A stretch of 64,000 bases of DNA from an uncultured Vicinamibacteraceae bacterium. GTDB taxonomy: Bacteria; Planctomycetota; Phycisphaerae; Phycisphaerales; UBA5793. The notes beneath the pieces are model-generated. The model was not told the origin of the DNA and did no database searches. It worked only from the letters and a program-made list of their open reading frames with translations. Position numbers and translations under genes: made by a program. Of the stretch, positions 50,575 through 61,364 are shown piece after piece (position 1 is the stretch's first letter; every line of letters starts with the position of its first letter). Location of the stretch: the NCBI GenBank assembly GCA_964585855.1, contig CAZPFK010000002.1, positions 893-64,892 of the forward strand. The letters run 5' to 3'.

Positions 50575-50594
50575 TCGTGCCTCCCGTCAGGCAA

Positions 50595-51215
50595 TCACGC
50601 GCTGGCAGCGCGATTGCGGTACAACTTCTTGTCAACCTGCTCCAGCATCTTCGCCTCATCCAGCCGGCCTCCCAGGAATGCGTTCACCTTCCGCGCATGC
50701 TCCTGCGGGTCATTGACCATCTCGTGATACCAGAGATACATGTACTCGATGTTCAGCTGCCGACTCAGCCACGCGTCAACGAGGTCCAGGTGCTTTTGCA
50801 GCAGGCCGAGCAGCTCCTCGTCGCTGACCGAATCGGTCGCCTCGCCGCGGTTGACGAGCATCTTCTTCTGCGACTGCATGTTCTCCTCGAGATTGCGCCG
50901 CATGAAGATGACCTTGTACTTCTCGGTAGCCGGGAGGTACTTCAGCAGGGCGCTGATGACCTTCACGACCTTCCCCCGCGCTTCCGGCACCCATGCCGTG
51001 TCGCCCTTGTCCAGCGCCTTGACCCGCTCAAACTCGAAATACCCCTTCGGGTTGTCCGAGTCCGCCGTGCGCACGTTGTCGATCAGCGGCTCGAGTCCGC
51101 CGGCGACCAGCATCTTCATCATCATCGACGTGCCCGAACGGGGCAGCCCGGAGACGATGACGATGGAGTCATCCTTCTTCGCCCCTCCGCCAAGCATTCG
51201 CTTCAGAAACGACAT
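50595..51215 (-). CDS. Sulfotransferase family protein
   Basis: 5'-PSB-type loop SGLPRSGTSMMMKML near the N-terminus. Length 206 aa. AGGAGG Shine-Dalgarno. Confidence 0.7.
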   Translation of the reverse strand: MSFLKRMLGGGAKKDDSIVIVSGLPRSGTSMMMKMLVAGGLEPLIDNVRTADSDNPKGYFEFERVKALDKGDTAWVPEARGKVVKVISALLKYLPATEKYKVIFMRRNLEENMQSQKKMLVNRGEATDSVSDEELLGLLQKHLDLVDAWLSRQLNIEYMYLWYHEMVNDPQEHARKVNAFLGGRLDEAKMLEQVDKKLYRNRAASA

Positions 51216-51364
51216 TCATGCCCTCCTGACACTCCCGCAGGCCGACAACGCTGACGCCGATAGCCCGGTCGGCCCGATGCGGGCAGTACCTTAGTGGCGG
51301 CGACGTTGGCCTTCCAATTCTGGTGCCAAAGTCGGTCGGGGGGATTGATTCGGCCGGGTCGATC

Positions 51365-52195
51365 TCAGCGCGAGCGCTTGGAGCCGCCGCGGTTGGACCC
51401 GGTTTCGCCGCGGTCATTGCCGCTGTTGTCGTCGAGGCCGCGGTCCAGCTTGGCCCAGGCGTCGGTGACGGCCTCGCCGCTGTGGAGTTCCTGCTCGGTA
51501 GGCAGCGAGGTGTAGATCGTCAGCGACTGGTCGGCAAACCACGTCACGCTCATATCGGAGCGCAGGGTGTTGTTTCCGCTGATGTGGTTGTAGTCGGTCT
51601 TGGTCCGCAGCCCGTCGGAAAGCAGCGTCAGCAGCGGCATGTTCGTCTGGATCGTCGCAAACTTGACCCGCTCGATCGGCGTCGGCCCGGGGAAGATCAG
51701 CCCTCGATAGTGATAGTTGCCGACAATTCGGCGGTAGGGCTTGGGGTCATCCCACAGATCGACGTACTTCTGCATCGTGTGCGAGCCGACATGGGCATCG
51801 CAGTAGAAGACCTCGGGGGTGTTGACGTACCGCTTCGGATACAGGGCCCCGACGCCATCCCAGTCGGGTTCCCAGAGATTGCTCGTCCCGGAGAGCCGCA
51901 GCACCATCATCTCCTGCGGGCGCGGCATGCGGTCGAAGCCGTTGACCGGGCGGAATCCCGAGTAGGCCGACGAGGGCAGTGTGTCGCGGTTGTCGGCCAC
52001 GTACATCGAAAGCCCCAGAGCCACCTGGTGCATGTTGCTGGCGCAGGAAACCTTGTAGGCCGACTGCCGTACCAGCGTGAATCCCGGAAGGATCAGGCTG
52101 ATCAGCAGGCTTGTGACGGCCAACACCACCAGCAACTCGAGCAGGGAGAAGCCGCGAGGCCTGCATTCAACTCTTGAAAAGCCACTCTGCCACAT
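51365..52195 (-). CDS. Prepilin-type N-terminal cleavage/methylation domain protein (DUF1559 / H-X9-DG-like pseudopilin)
   Basis: Leader MWQSGFSRVECRPRG followed by FSLLELLVVLAVTSLLISLILPG (class III signal). C-terminal HISGNNTLRSDMSVTWF is an H-X9-D variant. Confidence 0.85.
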   Translation of the reverse strand: MWQSGFSRVECRPRGFSLLELLVVLAVTSLLISLILPGFTLVRQSAYKVSCASNMHQVALGLSMYVADNRDTLPSSAYSGFRPVNGFDRMPRPQEMMVLRLSGTSNLWEPDWDGVGALYPKRYVNTPEVFYCDAHVGSHTMQKYVDLWDDPKPYRRIVGNYHYRGLIFPGPTPIERVKFATIQTNMPLLTLLSDGLRTKTDYNHISGNNTLRSDMSVTWFADQSLTIYTSLPTEQELHSGEAVTDAWAKLDRGLDDNSGNDRGETGSNRGGSKRSR

Positions 52196-52482
52196 ATGAC
52201 TCTACGTGATCGTTGCCGCGAACGACCCGGCCTCGCAGCGTAATTCTGCGGGGCAACGGTCCACTCTACCACTTCCGAAGCGTTCGCGAGACGTTGTCAC
52301 GTCTCCTCATCACTTATCTTGACCACGAATCGACTCTGCGCCAACCCCCTGTGAGACGAATTCCTGAAATCACATACTTTCATCCATCATGGAGCACTTT
52401 TTTGCCAAGTTATTCCATATTTGGTCTCCGTACGGTATTTTGCCCCCATGCCGACCCTGCGTAATCCGCTACCATCACCGCG

Positions 52483-53052
52483 ATGTCAGACGATGACCTG
52501 ATTCTCATGACCCGCGTGGCACGTGGGGATGAGGCCGCCCTCGCCGAGTTATACGACAGGTTCAGCGCACTTGTTTATCGGATGGCCTACCAGATGACCC
52601 CGACCCGCGCCGACGCCGAGGATGCGGTTCAGGAGATTTTTGTGCGTCTCTGGCGCAGTGCCGACCGGTATAACCCCCAGCGGGCCTCGCTGGTCACCTG
52701 GGTCATGATCATCACGAGGCGGTATCTCGTCGATCAGCTCCGCCGCCGAAAGATCCGTCCCAAGGCCACAACCTTTGATGAGGCATGGGTTCAGGATCAA
52801 GTCAACGATACGGAGGAACCGGATCGCCCCATGCTGCGAACCGAACGCCAGACGAGGCTTCTGGCCAAAATTGCCGCCTTGCCCGACCTCCAACGACAGG
52901 TCGTTGAACGGGCTTATCTCTCCGGCAAGACGCTTCGGGAAATCAGCGAGGAATTGGAGCGCCCCCTTGGTACCATCAAATCGGCCCTCAGCCGTGCTCT
53001 CGCAGGACTTCGAGAGCGAATGCCGCAGGAAGAAGAATTCGATGACACATGA
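52483..53052 (+). CDS. ECF-type RNA polymerase sigma-70 factor
   Basis: Region 2 (DAEDAVQEIFVRLW) and region 4 HTH (GKTLREISEELERPLGTIKSALSRAL). Confidence 0.92.
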   Translation: MSDDDLILMTRVARGDEAALAELYDRFSALVYRMAYQMTPTRADAEDAVQEIFVRLWRSADRYNPQRASLVTWVMIITRRYLVDQLRRRKIRPKATTFDEAWVQDQVNDTEEPDRPMLRTERQTRLLAKIAALPDLQRQVVERAYLSGKTLREISEELERPLGTIKSALSRALAGLRERMPQEEEFDDT

Positions 53053-53869
53053 CGAGCTGAAACATCAGGCGGAACTCGATGCGCTGGGCATCTCCTCGCC
53101 CTACGAGCGCACCCGCTTCGACCTCACCGCCGCCCAGCTCGACACCGAGCAGGCCGCCGCGGTTCGCGAGGTTCAGGACGGCGTCTCCTCGCTCGTCGAC
53201 GCTCTGCCCCATCGCATCCCCGATGCAACCCTCAAGCCACGCGTGCTTTCCGGCCTCAGCGATGCCATCCAGCAGGATCTCGCAGAAAGCGTCTACGACC
53301 AGGCCCTCTCCAAGATCGAGTCAGTTCAGAATCCCGACGGCCTCCACCGTTTCCTTCTCGGTCGCGTCTCGCCCGTCTGGCGGGCCGCCTGTCTCGTCTT
53401 TGCCGCCATCGCCGTCGTCAGCGGCTCCTATGCCCTGACCGCCTACACCCACGTCCGCAATTTCAACAACCTCGTGGTCCGCAACCAGGTCAGCGACCTC
53501 CTGAAAGTCAAGCTCGGCGATCAGGCGGTGGTCTTCCTCTTCCACCCCCAGTCGCGCGATCTCTACTTCAACCCCTCCGTCGATTCCTTCAACGGCCACG
53601 CACGCCTCACCTACGTCGAGGCCGAGCAGGCCGGCTTCCTCATGTGCTCCAGTCTCCCCGTCTCCCAGCCCGATCGCCCCTATCGCGTTGAAGCGCAGGC
53701 CCCGGGCGCAGATAGCCCCACCCTCGTACACACCTTCGGCTCGGACGGCGGCATCTTCGGGCTCAAGCTCGACATGACCGGCCGCATTGAGCCCGGAACC
53801 CGCTGGACCATCCTCAGCCCCGATGCTGAGAATCGCTACTCGATGGTCCTCCAGGCCGTCATCCAGTAA
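53042..53869 (+). CDS. Putative anti-sigma factor (single-pass membrane protein)
   Basis: The ATG overlaps the sigma gene by 11 nt. Short cytoplasmic N-terminal region, TM helix VWRAACLVFAAIAVVSGSYALTAY, and an extracytoplasmic domain of about 150 aa. Confidence 0.62.
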   Translation: MTHDELKHQAELDALGISSPYERTRFDLTAAQLDTEQAAAVREVQDGVSSLVDALPHRIPDATLKPRVLSGLSDAIQQDLAESVYDQALSKIESVQNPDGLHRFLLGRVSPVWRAACLVFAAIAVVSGSYALTAYTHVRNFNNLVVRNQVSDLLKVKLGDQAVVFLFHPQSRDLYFNPSVDSFNGHARLTYVEAEQAGFLMCSSLPVSQPDRPYRVEAQAPGADSPTLVHTFGSDGGIFGLKLDMTGRIEPGTRWTILSPDAENRYSMVLQAVIQ

Positions 53870-54050
53870 CGGACGCGCCTCGCCACCTCTGATTCGGACG
53901 ACCCCTCCCACGCTCCTGCGACCCCGCCGGAGCGTTGTCGTTCTCATGGCCCACCCCGCCGCGTATCATGCCCGTCCTCTGGAAGTTCTGCATCCGGATA
54001 TGCAGCGACCCCCCATCCCCCGGTTTCCGACCTGCTGAAAGGGCCCCACC

Positions 54051-56195
54051 GTGTCCCTGCTGAGATTGCGATTTGCCGTAGCCGTCACCGTGCCCTGTGC
54101 GCTTGCCCTGACAACCCTGGCGGGTCCGCCCGCCACCGAGCGCAAAGTCGTCACCGATACCTTCCACGACTTCCGCTTCGACGACCCTTATCGCTGGCTG
54201 GAGGGCAGCGCCGGCTTCCCCGACCTCTCACCCGCAGAGGCCGAGTCGCTGGACAACGCCGTCTCCGACTGGACCGACGCCCAGAATGAGTACACCCGCT
54301 CAATTCTCGATGAACTGCCCGGCCGCGCCCGCCTCGAGGCCCGAATCGCCGAGCTCATGTCCGTCGACTGGATCGGCACACCCTCGACTTCCGGCTCGCG
54401 CTTCTTCAACATGGAGCGCTACGGCGACCAGAACCAGTCGGTCCTCTACGTGCGCGATTCGCTCGACGCCCAGCCCCGGACCCTCATCGACCCCAACACC
54501 CTCGATGAAGGTGGCCTGACCTCCCTGGACTGGTACACCCCGACGCCCGACGGCTCACTCGTCGCCTTCGGACTCAGCCGTGCCGGTGATGAAATCTCCA
54601 CGCTCTACGTCATGGACGTAGACACCGGCCGCTGGCTGGCCGACGAGATCGGCAACGACGCCGGAGGAGTCAGCTGGCTGCCGGATCGATCCGGCTTCCT
54701 GTACCGGGTCCGTCGCGAGAAGGACGACCCGTATTCCGCGCAGATCAAGTTCCACCGCCTCGGCACCCATCACCGCCAGGACCCGGTGCTCTTTGAGCAG
54801 CACGACCAGACCTGGGGCCCCTATGCCTATCTCAGCCGCGATGCCCGCTGGCTCATCTACGGCTACTGGACCGGCACCGACAGCAACGACCTCTGGGTCG
54901 TTGACTTCGATCGCTGGCAGCGCACCGGCGAGATCGAGAAGGTCACCATCATCGAAGGTCAAAAGGCGACCTTCGGAGGTCCGGTCTACGGCGACACCCT
55001 CTTCATGACGACCACGCTCGACGCCCCCAACGGCTGCGTCTTCGCCGTCGACCTCAACAATCCCGACCGTGAGCAGTGGAAACTGCTCATCCCGGAGAAG
55101 GAGGATGCCGTCCTGGAGGAACTCTCCACGGCCCGCGGCATGCTCGTGGCAAAGTACGCCTCCCGCGCCTACACGCGCATCGACCGTTTCGACCTGCAGG
55201 GCAACCACCTCGGCGAACTGACGCTCCCGGGCGTCGGCAGCGCGAGCGTCGGCACCGATGACGACCGCACCACCGCCTTCGTGAACTACTCAAGTTTCGA
55301 TACGCCCCCGAGCATCTACCACGCCGACCTGGAGCAGAACACGCTCACACTCTGGGCCAGCCCCGAGGTTCCCGTCGATCCCTCCATCATGCAGGTCAGC
55401 CAGGTGACCTACTCCTCCAAAGACGGCACGCCCGTAACCATGTTCCTCGTCCACCGAAAAGACCTCGAGCTCAACGGCGACAACCCCACGCTGCTCTACG
55501 GTTACGGCGGCTTCAACATCTCCATGTCGCCTTACTTCTCCCGCACCCTCTTCCCCTGGCTTGAGGAGGGCGGCGTCTATGCCGTCCCGAACCTCCGGGG
55601 CGGCGGAGAATACGGCGAATCCTGGCACCGCGCCGGCATGCTTGAGAACAAGCAGAATGTCTTTGACGACTACATCGCCGCCGCAGAATGGCTCATTGAC
55701 AACCGTTACACCAACCCGGAACGCCTCGCCATCCACGGCGGCTCCAACGGCGGTCTCCTCGTCGGCGCCGTGGCGATGCAGCGGCCCGACCTCTTCAAGG
55801 CCGTCGTCTGTGCCGTTCCCCTCCTGGACATGCTCCGCTATCAGTACTTCCTCATGGCCCGCTACTGGGTTCCCGAGTACGGCTCAAGCGAGGATGCCGA
55901 GCAACTCTCCTTCCTGGTGAAGTACTCCCCGTATCACAACATCAAAGAAGGCGTTGAGTACCCCGCCATGCTCATCAAGGCCGGGGAGAACGACGCCCGC
56001 GTCCACCCCTTCCACGCACGGAAGATGGCCGCATACCTCCAGCACGCCACGACCTCCGACCCGCAGGAGGAGCCGATTCTCCTCTGGGTCGATCGCGATG
56101 CGGGCCACGGTTCCGGCAAGCCGCTCAAGAACGTGATTCGCGATCTGGCCGACGACCGCATCTTCCTGATGTGGCAGCTGGGCATGCTCGACTGA
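54051..56195 (+). CDS. Prolyl oligopeptidase family serine peptidase (S9A)
   Basis: Signal peptide, YRWLE near the N-terminus, a propeller domain, catalytic GGSNGGLLVGA, and the D/H region ENDARVHPFHARKM. Confidence 0.93.
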   Translation: MSLLRLRFAVAVTVPCALALTTLAGPPATERKVVTDTFHDFRFDDPYRWLEGSAGFPDLSPAEAESLDNAVSDWTDAQNEYTRSILDELPGRARLEARIAELMSVDWIGTPSTSGSRFFNMERYGDQNQSVLYVRDSLDAQPRTLIDPNTLDEGGLTSLDWYTPTPDGSLVAFGLSRAGDEISTLYVMDVDTGRWLADEIGNDAGGVSWLPDRSGFLYRVRREKDDPYSAQIKFHRLGTHHRQDPVLFEQHDQTWGPYAYLSRDARWLIYGYWTGTDSNDLWVVDFDRWQRTGEIEKVTIIEGQKATFGGPVYGDTLFMTTTLDAPNGCVFAVDLNNPDREQWKLLIPEKEDAVLEELSTARGMLVAKYASRAYTRIDRFDLQGNHLGELTLPGVGSASVGTDDDRTTAFVNYSSFDTPPSIYHADLEQNTLTLWASPEVPVDPSIMQVSQVTYSSKDGTPVTMFLVHRKDLELNGDNPTLLYGYGGFNISMSPYFSRTLFPWLEEGGVYAVPNLRGGGEYGESWHRAGMLENKQNVFDDYIAAAEWLIDNRYTNPERLAIHGGSNGGLLVGAVAMQRPDLFKAVVCAVPLLDMLRYQYFLMARYWVPEYGSSEDAEQLSFLVKYSPYHNIKEGVEYPAMLIKAGENDARVHPFHARKMAAYLQHATTSDPQEEPILLWVDRDAGHGSGKPLKNVIRDLADDRIFLMWQLGMLD

Positions 56196-56220
56196 CCCGA
56201 GGCCGCACTCCCGATACGAC

Positions 56221-56253
56221 AACGATGCCCGTGCGAACCGCACGGGCATCGTT
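56221..56253. terminator. Bidirectional stem-loop between convergent genes
   Basis: Perfect 15-bp stem AACGATGCCCGTGCG / CGCACGGGCATCGTT with a 3-nt loop, followed by CGTTTCC. It lies between the peptidase stop (56195) and the serC stop (56288). Confidence 0.6.
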
Positions 56254-56287
56254 CGTTTCCGTCTCGTTCCCGCAAGGCACCGGCGGC

Positions 56288-57373
56288 TCAGCGGTGCTCC
56301 ATCTCGAAGTCCTTCATGAACTCCACCAGCGCCCTGCACCCCTCCTCGGGGAAGGCGTTGTACACGCTGGCCCGCATCCCGCCCACGGAGCGGTGGCCCT
56401 TGAGGCCGGAGAAGCCCTGCTCCTCGGCCTGCGCGATGAAGGCCTTCTCGAGGTCCTCCGAGGGAGCCCGGAAGGTGATGTTCATCAGCGAACGCGAATC
56501 CCGCTCCGCCGTGCCCCGGAAGAAATCGGAGTTGTCGAGGTAGTCATAAATCAGCCCCGCCTTGTCCTGGTTGTACTTCGCAATCGCGTCCAGCCCCCCG
56601 AAATCCTGCAGCCACTTGAAAACCGCGCCCATGATGTACACCCCGAAGACCGAGGGCGTGTTGTAGCGCGAGTCCTCGTTGGCGTGCGTGCGATACTGCA
56701 GCATCGTCGGCAGATCCTCACGCCCCTGCTGCACCAGATCGTCGCGGATGATCACCAGCGTCACCCCCGCCGGTCCGAGGTTCTTCTGCGCACCGGCGTA
56801 GATCAGTCCGTACTTCGCCACGTCAATGGGCCTCGAATACATGTCGCTGGAGGTGTCGCCGACGAGAAAGGCGCCGTTGGGCACGGCGGGCTCGCGGCGC
56901 CACTGCGTTCCGGCAATCGTGTTGTTGCTCGTGAAGTGCACGTAGCGCGGCGACGAGGAGTACGTTGCCTCAGCCGGTATCCGGTTGAAGTTCGACTCCT
57001 CGCTGGTCGCGGCCGTATGCACCTTGCCGAACCGCTTGGCTTCCTTGAGCGCCTTCTTCGACCACGTACCCGTCACGAGGTAGTCGGCGGTCTGATCGCT
57101 GCTGAGGAAGTTCATGGGAACCATGAAGAACTGCGACGACGCCCCGCCCTGGAGGAAGAGGATGTGGTAGTTCTCCGGAATCTGCGCCAGCTGCCGGCAG
57201 GAGGCGATCGCCTCGGCAAAAACTGCATCGATCACGGGCCCGCGATGGCTGTGCTCAAGAATGCCGATGCCCGAACCGCGGATGTTCCAGAGATCCTGCT
57301 GCGCCTGCCGCAGCACCGGTTCAGGAAGCACGGCGGGGCCGGCCGAGAAGTTGTAGATTCGAGTCGTGGGCAT
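56288..57373 (-). CDS. serC: Phosphoserine aminotransferase
   Basis: [17 protein letters not shown] at the N-terminus (internal ATG chosen, GGGAGA upstream). Length 361 aa. Located directly downstream of serA. Confidence 0.94.
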   Translation of the reverse strand: MPTTRIYNFSAGPAVLPEPVLRQAQQDLWNIRGSGIGILEHSHRGPVIDAVFAEAIASCRQLAQIPENYHILFLQGGASSQFFMVPMNFLSSDQTADYLVTGTWSKKALKEAKRFGKVHTAATSEESNFNRIPAEATYSSSPRYVHFTSNNTIAGTQWRREPAVPNGAFLVGDTSSDMYSRPIDVAKYGLIYAGAQKNLGPAGVTLVIIRDDLVQQGREDLPTMLQYRTHANEDSRYNTPSVFGVYIMGAVFKWLQDFGGLDAIAKYNQDKAGLIYDYLDNSDFFRGTAERDSRSLMNITFRAPSEDLEKAFIAQAEEQGFSGLKGHRSVGGMRASVYNAFPEEGCRALVEFMKDFEMEHR

Positions 57374-57408
57374 GGTGGCAGTCTCCCTGGAGCCGACAGG
57401 CGGGTCCA

Positions 57409-58626
57409 TCACGCGGAACGAACCTCGCCGATCTCGACGCTGATGATGTTCTCATTGCCCTTTCGAACAGCGGAAAGGGTCTCGGGGCCGGGCCGGCCGT
57501 CAACATGGATACGGGCACAAGTGGCCTCGGCGCCGTGGTAGATGATATTCTCGACTTCCTCGACGTTGATGCCGGCCGAGGCAAGCACGCCGAAGACATG
57601 CGCGAGCACGCCGGGACGGTTGCGATGCCGCACGCTGACGACGTGGGTTGCAGACGATCTCGCCAGCCGGTTGACGCAATTGGGCACTTCCCCGCTGCAC
57701 ATGTAAACCTCGACGATGCGTGCAGCCTCATGGGCGATTGCCGTCTGCGCCTGGTCGGTTGACGCCCCGATGTGGTGCGTCCCGCACAGGTTCGGCTCCT
57801 TCGCAATCGGGTTGGCAAACGTCTTGTCCCCGGCCGCCGGCTCGTTCTGATAGACATCAAGCCCCGCCCGGATGCCCTTCTCACGCATGCCCCGGGTCAG
57901 GGCCGCCTCGTTGACGACGCTGCCGCGCGAAGTGTTGATCAGGTACGCGCCCGGCTGCATGGCATCGATGAACTCATCGTTGACCAGTTCCTTCGTATCG
58001 CTTGTCGCCGCTACGTTGACGGTCACCACGTCCGACCGCCGCGCCACCTCCAGCGGCGTCTGGCAATACTCGACCCCCGTCTCCGCCGCCTTCTCGGGAG
58101 TCAGACTGCGCGACCACCCGACGACGCGCATCCCGAAGGCCCGACCCCGCGAGGCGATCTCCATGCCGATCTGCCCGAGGCCGACGATGCCCAGGGTCCG
58201 GCCATACAGGCCCCGCGCCTTGGAATATTCCTTCTTGTCCCACTTCCCCTCCCGCAACAGCGCCGTCTGCTCATGGATGCGACGGTCGCAGGAGAGAATC
58301 AGCCCGAACACCAGTTCCGCAACCGCCACCGAGTTCTTCCCGGGACAGTTGGCAACAAAGATGCCCAGGTTGGATGCCGCCTGCACGTCGATTGTGTCAA
58401 CGCCCGCCCCCGCCCGAATGATCAGCGAAAGCCGGCCCGCCGCCCGCAGCGCCCCCTCCGTGACCTTCGTGGAGCGGACGATCAGAACGTCGGGATCCTC
58501 AGCCCGCAGGGCGTCGGCGAGGGTCTCGGCCGTGACATCCGGGTTCGAGGCGACGTCGCAGCCGAGTTCCAGCAAAGCATCCACGCCGACTTGCTCAAAC
58601 TTGTCGGCGATGAGAATCTTCATCAA
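57409..58626 (-). CDS. serA: D-3-phosphoglycerate dehydrogenase with a C-terminal ACT domain
   Basis: [11 protein letters not shown] motif [13 protein letters not shown], catalytic [12 protein letters not shown]-like tail ([31 protein letters not shown]). AAAGGAGG Shine-Dalgarno. Confidence 0.93.
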   Translation of the reverse strand: MMKILIADKFEQVGVDALLELGCDVASNPDVTAETLADALRAEDPDVLIVRSTKVTEGALRAAGRLSLIIRAGAGVDTIDVQAASNLGIFVANCPGKNSVAVAELVFGLILSCDRRIHEQTALLREGKWDKKEYSKARGLYGRTLGIVGLGQIGMEIASRGRAFGMRVVGWSRSLTPEKAAETGVEYCQTPLEVARRSDVVTVNVAATSDTKELVNDEFIDAMQPGAYLINTSRGSVVNEAALTRGMREKGIRAGLDVYQNEPAAGDKTFANPIAKEPNLCGTHHIGASTDQAQTAIAHEAARIVEVYMCSGEVPNCVNRLARSSATHVVSVRHRNRPGVLAHVFGVLASAGINVEEVENIIYHGAEATCARIHVDGRPGPETLSAVRKGNENIISVEIGEVRSA

Positions 58627-58735
58627 TGCCTCCTTTGTGGCTTCAGACCGTTGTCGTGGAACTGTACCGCTAGGGTATGTCCCGCCCTCGTCGCCGACGA
58701 CGGAAGAGCACCGCTGCGAAGCCGGATCGCGAGTC

Positions 58736-59245
58736 TCAGGAGGTCAGCGCCGGCAGGCCCAGCCGCAGGAAGGCCTGGAGGATGAGATTGGCGTAGAGCC
58801 CGGCGACGAGGTCGTCGGAGAGGATGCCCCACCCTCTCGGAAACTGCTGGATGACATTGGCCGGCGGCGGCTTCACGATGTCCAGCAGGCGGAAGAGCAC
58901 AAAGGCCGCTCCGATGATCACCAGCGCCACCGGGAGACTGCCCCGCTGCAGGGGGTCAAGCGGCACGAAGAGCAGCGCCAGCGCCATGCCCGCCGTCTCA
59001 TCAATGACCACGACCGACGGGTCCTTGTCGCCGCGCGCCCGCTCCGCCCAGCCGCCCAGGGCGATACAACCGATGCACGCCGCGGCGAGAACCGCCGCCA
59101 GTGAGAGGTCGATCGTCGTCGCCGACATGCCCAGCCAGGCCAGGAGGGCTGCCAGCACGCATGGCGGCAGACTGCCCCAGGTTCCGGGGGCAGGACGCAG
59201 CAGCCCGAGGCCGAACATCGAAACAAGGGCAAGTCGCCAGGTCAT
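58736..59245 (-). CDS. pgpA: Phosphatidylglycerophosphatase A
   Basis: FGLGLLRPAPGTWGSLP signature and IVKPPPA. Start set at the internal ATG. Confidence 0.85.
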   Translation of the reverse strand: MTWRLALVSMFGLGLLRPAPGTWGSLPPCVLAALLAWLGMSATTIDLSLAAVLAAACIGCIALGGWAERARGDKDPSVVVIDETAGMALALLFVPLDPLQRGSLPVALVIIGAAFVLFRLLDIVKPPPANVIQQFPRGWGILSDDLVAGLYANLILQAFLRLGLPALTS

Positions 59246-59252
59246 GACTCTC

Positions 59253-59873
59253 TCACGCATCGGTCGATGGACGCGTTGGACTGAAACTTGAAGCCGCACG
59301 CCGCAGATACGGAACGCCGCTGACGACCGTCACCGCTACCGTCGTCCAGACGGTCACATCCCGCACGATCACCGCCCACCCCCCGTCGGAAAGATCACCC
59401 CGCCCGATCAAAATCAGCAGCACAGGCACCGCCGCTGACTGCACAATCATCTTCGCCTTGCCCGAGAACGAGGCGCCGAACGACTGCCCCTGCGACTCCG
59501 CCAGCGCCCGCAGCGAGGTCACCAGAAACTCCCGCAGCAGGATCACCACCACCATCCACGGCTCGACCCCCGAGAGCGTACCGCCCGCCGGGTCTGCAAA
59601 TCGCGGCGAAGCAAGGTAGATGAAGGCCCCGATGATCAGAATCTTGTCACACAGCGGGTCCATCACCCGGCCGAAAGCCGAGGTCGCCCCCCAGCGCCGG
59701 GCGAGAAAGCCGTCCAGATAATCCGTCGCGACCGCCACCAGAAAGCACACAACCGCCGCATCAAGCAGGCCGATGGGAGACTCACCGGGCCGGAATTGCT
59801 CCAGAATGACAAAAAACGCCGCCGCAAGGACGAGCCGGGCCACGGTGAGCGAATTGGGGAGGTGGCGGTGCAA
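59253..59873 (-). CDS. pgsA: CDP-diacylglycerol--glycerol-3-phosphate 3-phosphatidyltransferase
   Basis: LPNSLTVARL, and the CDP-alcohol motif DYLDGFLARRWGATSAFGRVMDPLCDK. The start is uncertain. I chose TTG at 59873 because the upstream part of the ORF-track model (to 60035) has A/T-ending codons atypical for this genome. Confidence 0.82.
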   Translation of the reverse strand: MHRHLPNSLTVARLVLAAAFFVILEQFRPGESPIGLLDAAVVCFLVAVATDYLDGFLARRWGATSAFGRVMDPLCDKILIIGAFIYLASPRFADPAGGTLSGVEPWMVVVILLREFLVTSLRALAESQGQSFGASFSGKAKMIVQSAAVPVLLILIGRGDLSDGGWAVIVRDVTVWTTVAVTVVSGVPYLRRAASSFSPTRPSTDA

Positions 59874-60074
59874 CGGGATGATTCGCCTGGAAGCCCGCGA
59901 GCCGCTCCGGTGGGTACAGGGTCCGACGGCCCATAGGATTGAAAGGTCCGGCCCATCAGAACGTCGGCGGGATTCGGGCCGAAAGTTGCGATTTCGGGCG
60001 ATAATAGGCGTCGGTGGGGCGTTGTACGGAAACACGAGACGGTTGCCGGGTACGGAGGTCGGAAGAGAGGATTG

Positions 60075-61337
60075 ATGACGATGGATTCTGCCGCAATGCG
60101 GAGAGGCCGGGCCCGAGGATTCTGGGCTCTGATTCTGTGCTGCGCCATGGCGGCCGTTGCCGGGGCGCAGGAGCGCTATCGCGCCTGGGGGACCTTCCGC
60201 CCGGGCATCTCTGAAATCGATCTTGACGAGATGACCGAGATCCTCACGCTCACCGCCGAGCAGCAGGACATCGTGACCGGCTTGCTTGCCGGGTACGAAC
60301 AGGCCTTCACCGCTGGCGCGGAGGCGACGCGGGTGAAGATGTCCGATGTCAACGACCAGGTCCGCAACGCCGCTTCCAACGATGTCTACATGCAGGTGCA
60401 GGCGCAGAAGGTCATCATCGAGGATGAATGGACCGCCCAGGCCTCGCAGCTGGAAGCCGATTTCTTCGAGAGCGTGCGGGCCCTGCTCAGCCCCGACCAG
60501 ACGGATCGCTGGGAGGAATACGAGCGCACCCGCCGCCGACGCATGTCCCTTCGCCTCGGCGCACGCTTCCCCGGCGACAACATCGACCTCATCGCCCTGG
60601 TCAGCGGGCTGGAGCTTCCGGCCGCCCGCTACGCCGAACTGGAGCCGCTGCTGGATTCCTACGCCATCGAACTCGACCAGTCGCTGCGTGGCCGCAACGA
60701 GGCCTTCGAGGAGGCGATCACGGCGATGCGCGGCAGCGCCGGCACGGGATCACCGCTGACCAATCAGCGGGAGCTGCTCGCCCGGGCCGATCAGTACCGC
60801 GTGCAGATTCAGCAGCTCAACGCCCGGACGCTGGAGCAGATCGCCGGCATGCTCACTCCCGAGGAGGAGGAGGCCTTCCGCCGGGCCTACCTCGAGGAGG
60901 CCTACCCCGCGATTTACCGCGAATCTGCCGTAGAGCGGTACCTCGAAACCATTCGCCGCCTTCCCGACCTGACCGACGATCAGCGTCAGCAACTGGACGC
61001 CATCGAACGCGAATTCAACCGGGAAATGGGGGCCCTCAACGCCAGAGCCGTCGAACTCGAGCGTCAGCGTGAGGTGGAAATGCGGGAAATGATCGCCGAC
61101 GCCGCGGGTGGAAACGAGCCGAACTTCGTCTCCGGCGGCGGACGGAGCGAGACCTCAAAGGCCATCGCGCAGATCCGCATGAAGCGCGGGGCCTATGAGA
61201 GCGAGACGCTGGACCGCCTCGTGGCGGTGCTCACGCCGCAGCAGCAGGAAGTCGCTCCCCGGGGCGCCGCCTGGGAGCGCGATGCACGCGACGACGGCGA
61301 TGACGACGGCGATGATGATGAGAACCCCGACGACTGA
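60075..61337 (+). CDS. Periplasmic LTXXQ-repeat (Spy/CpxP-like) protein with an acidic tail
   Basis: Signal peptide GFWALILCCAMAAVAGAQ. Five LTXXQ-like motifs (LTAEQ, LSPDQ, LTPEE, LTDDQ, LTPQQ) in helical context. C-terminus DDGDDDGDDDENPDD. Confidence 0.7.
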   Translation: MTMDSAAMRRGRARGFWALILCCAMAAVAGAQERYRAWGTFRPGISEIDLDEMTEILTLTAEQQDIVTGLLAGYEQAFTAGAEATRVKMSDVNDQVRNAASNDVYMQVQAQKVIIEDEWTAQASQLEADFFESVRALLSPDQTDRWEEYERTRRRRMSLRLGARFPGDNIDLIALVSGLELPAARYAELEPLLDSYAIELDQSLRGRNEAFEEAITAMRGSAGTGSPLTNQRELLARADQYRVQIQQLNARTLEQIAGMLTPEEEEAFRRAYLEEAYPAIYRESAVERYLETIRRLPDLTDDQRQQLDAIEREFNREMGALNARAVELERQREVEMREMIADAAGGNEPNFVSGGGRSETSKAIAQIRMKRGAYESETLDRLVAVLTPQQQEVAPRGAAWERDARDDGDDDGDDDENPDD

Positions 61338-61364
61338 CGCGCCTGAACCCGGAGACCCTGACAC

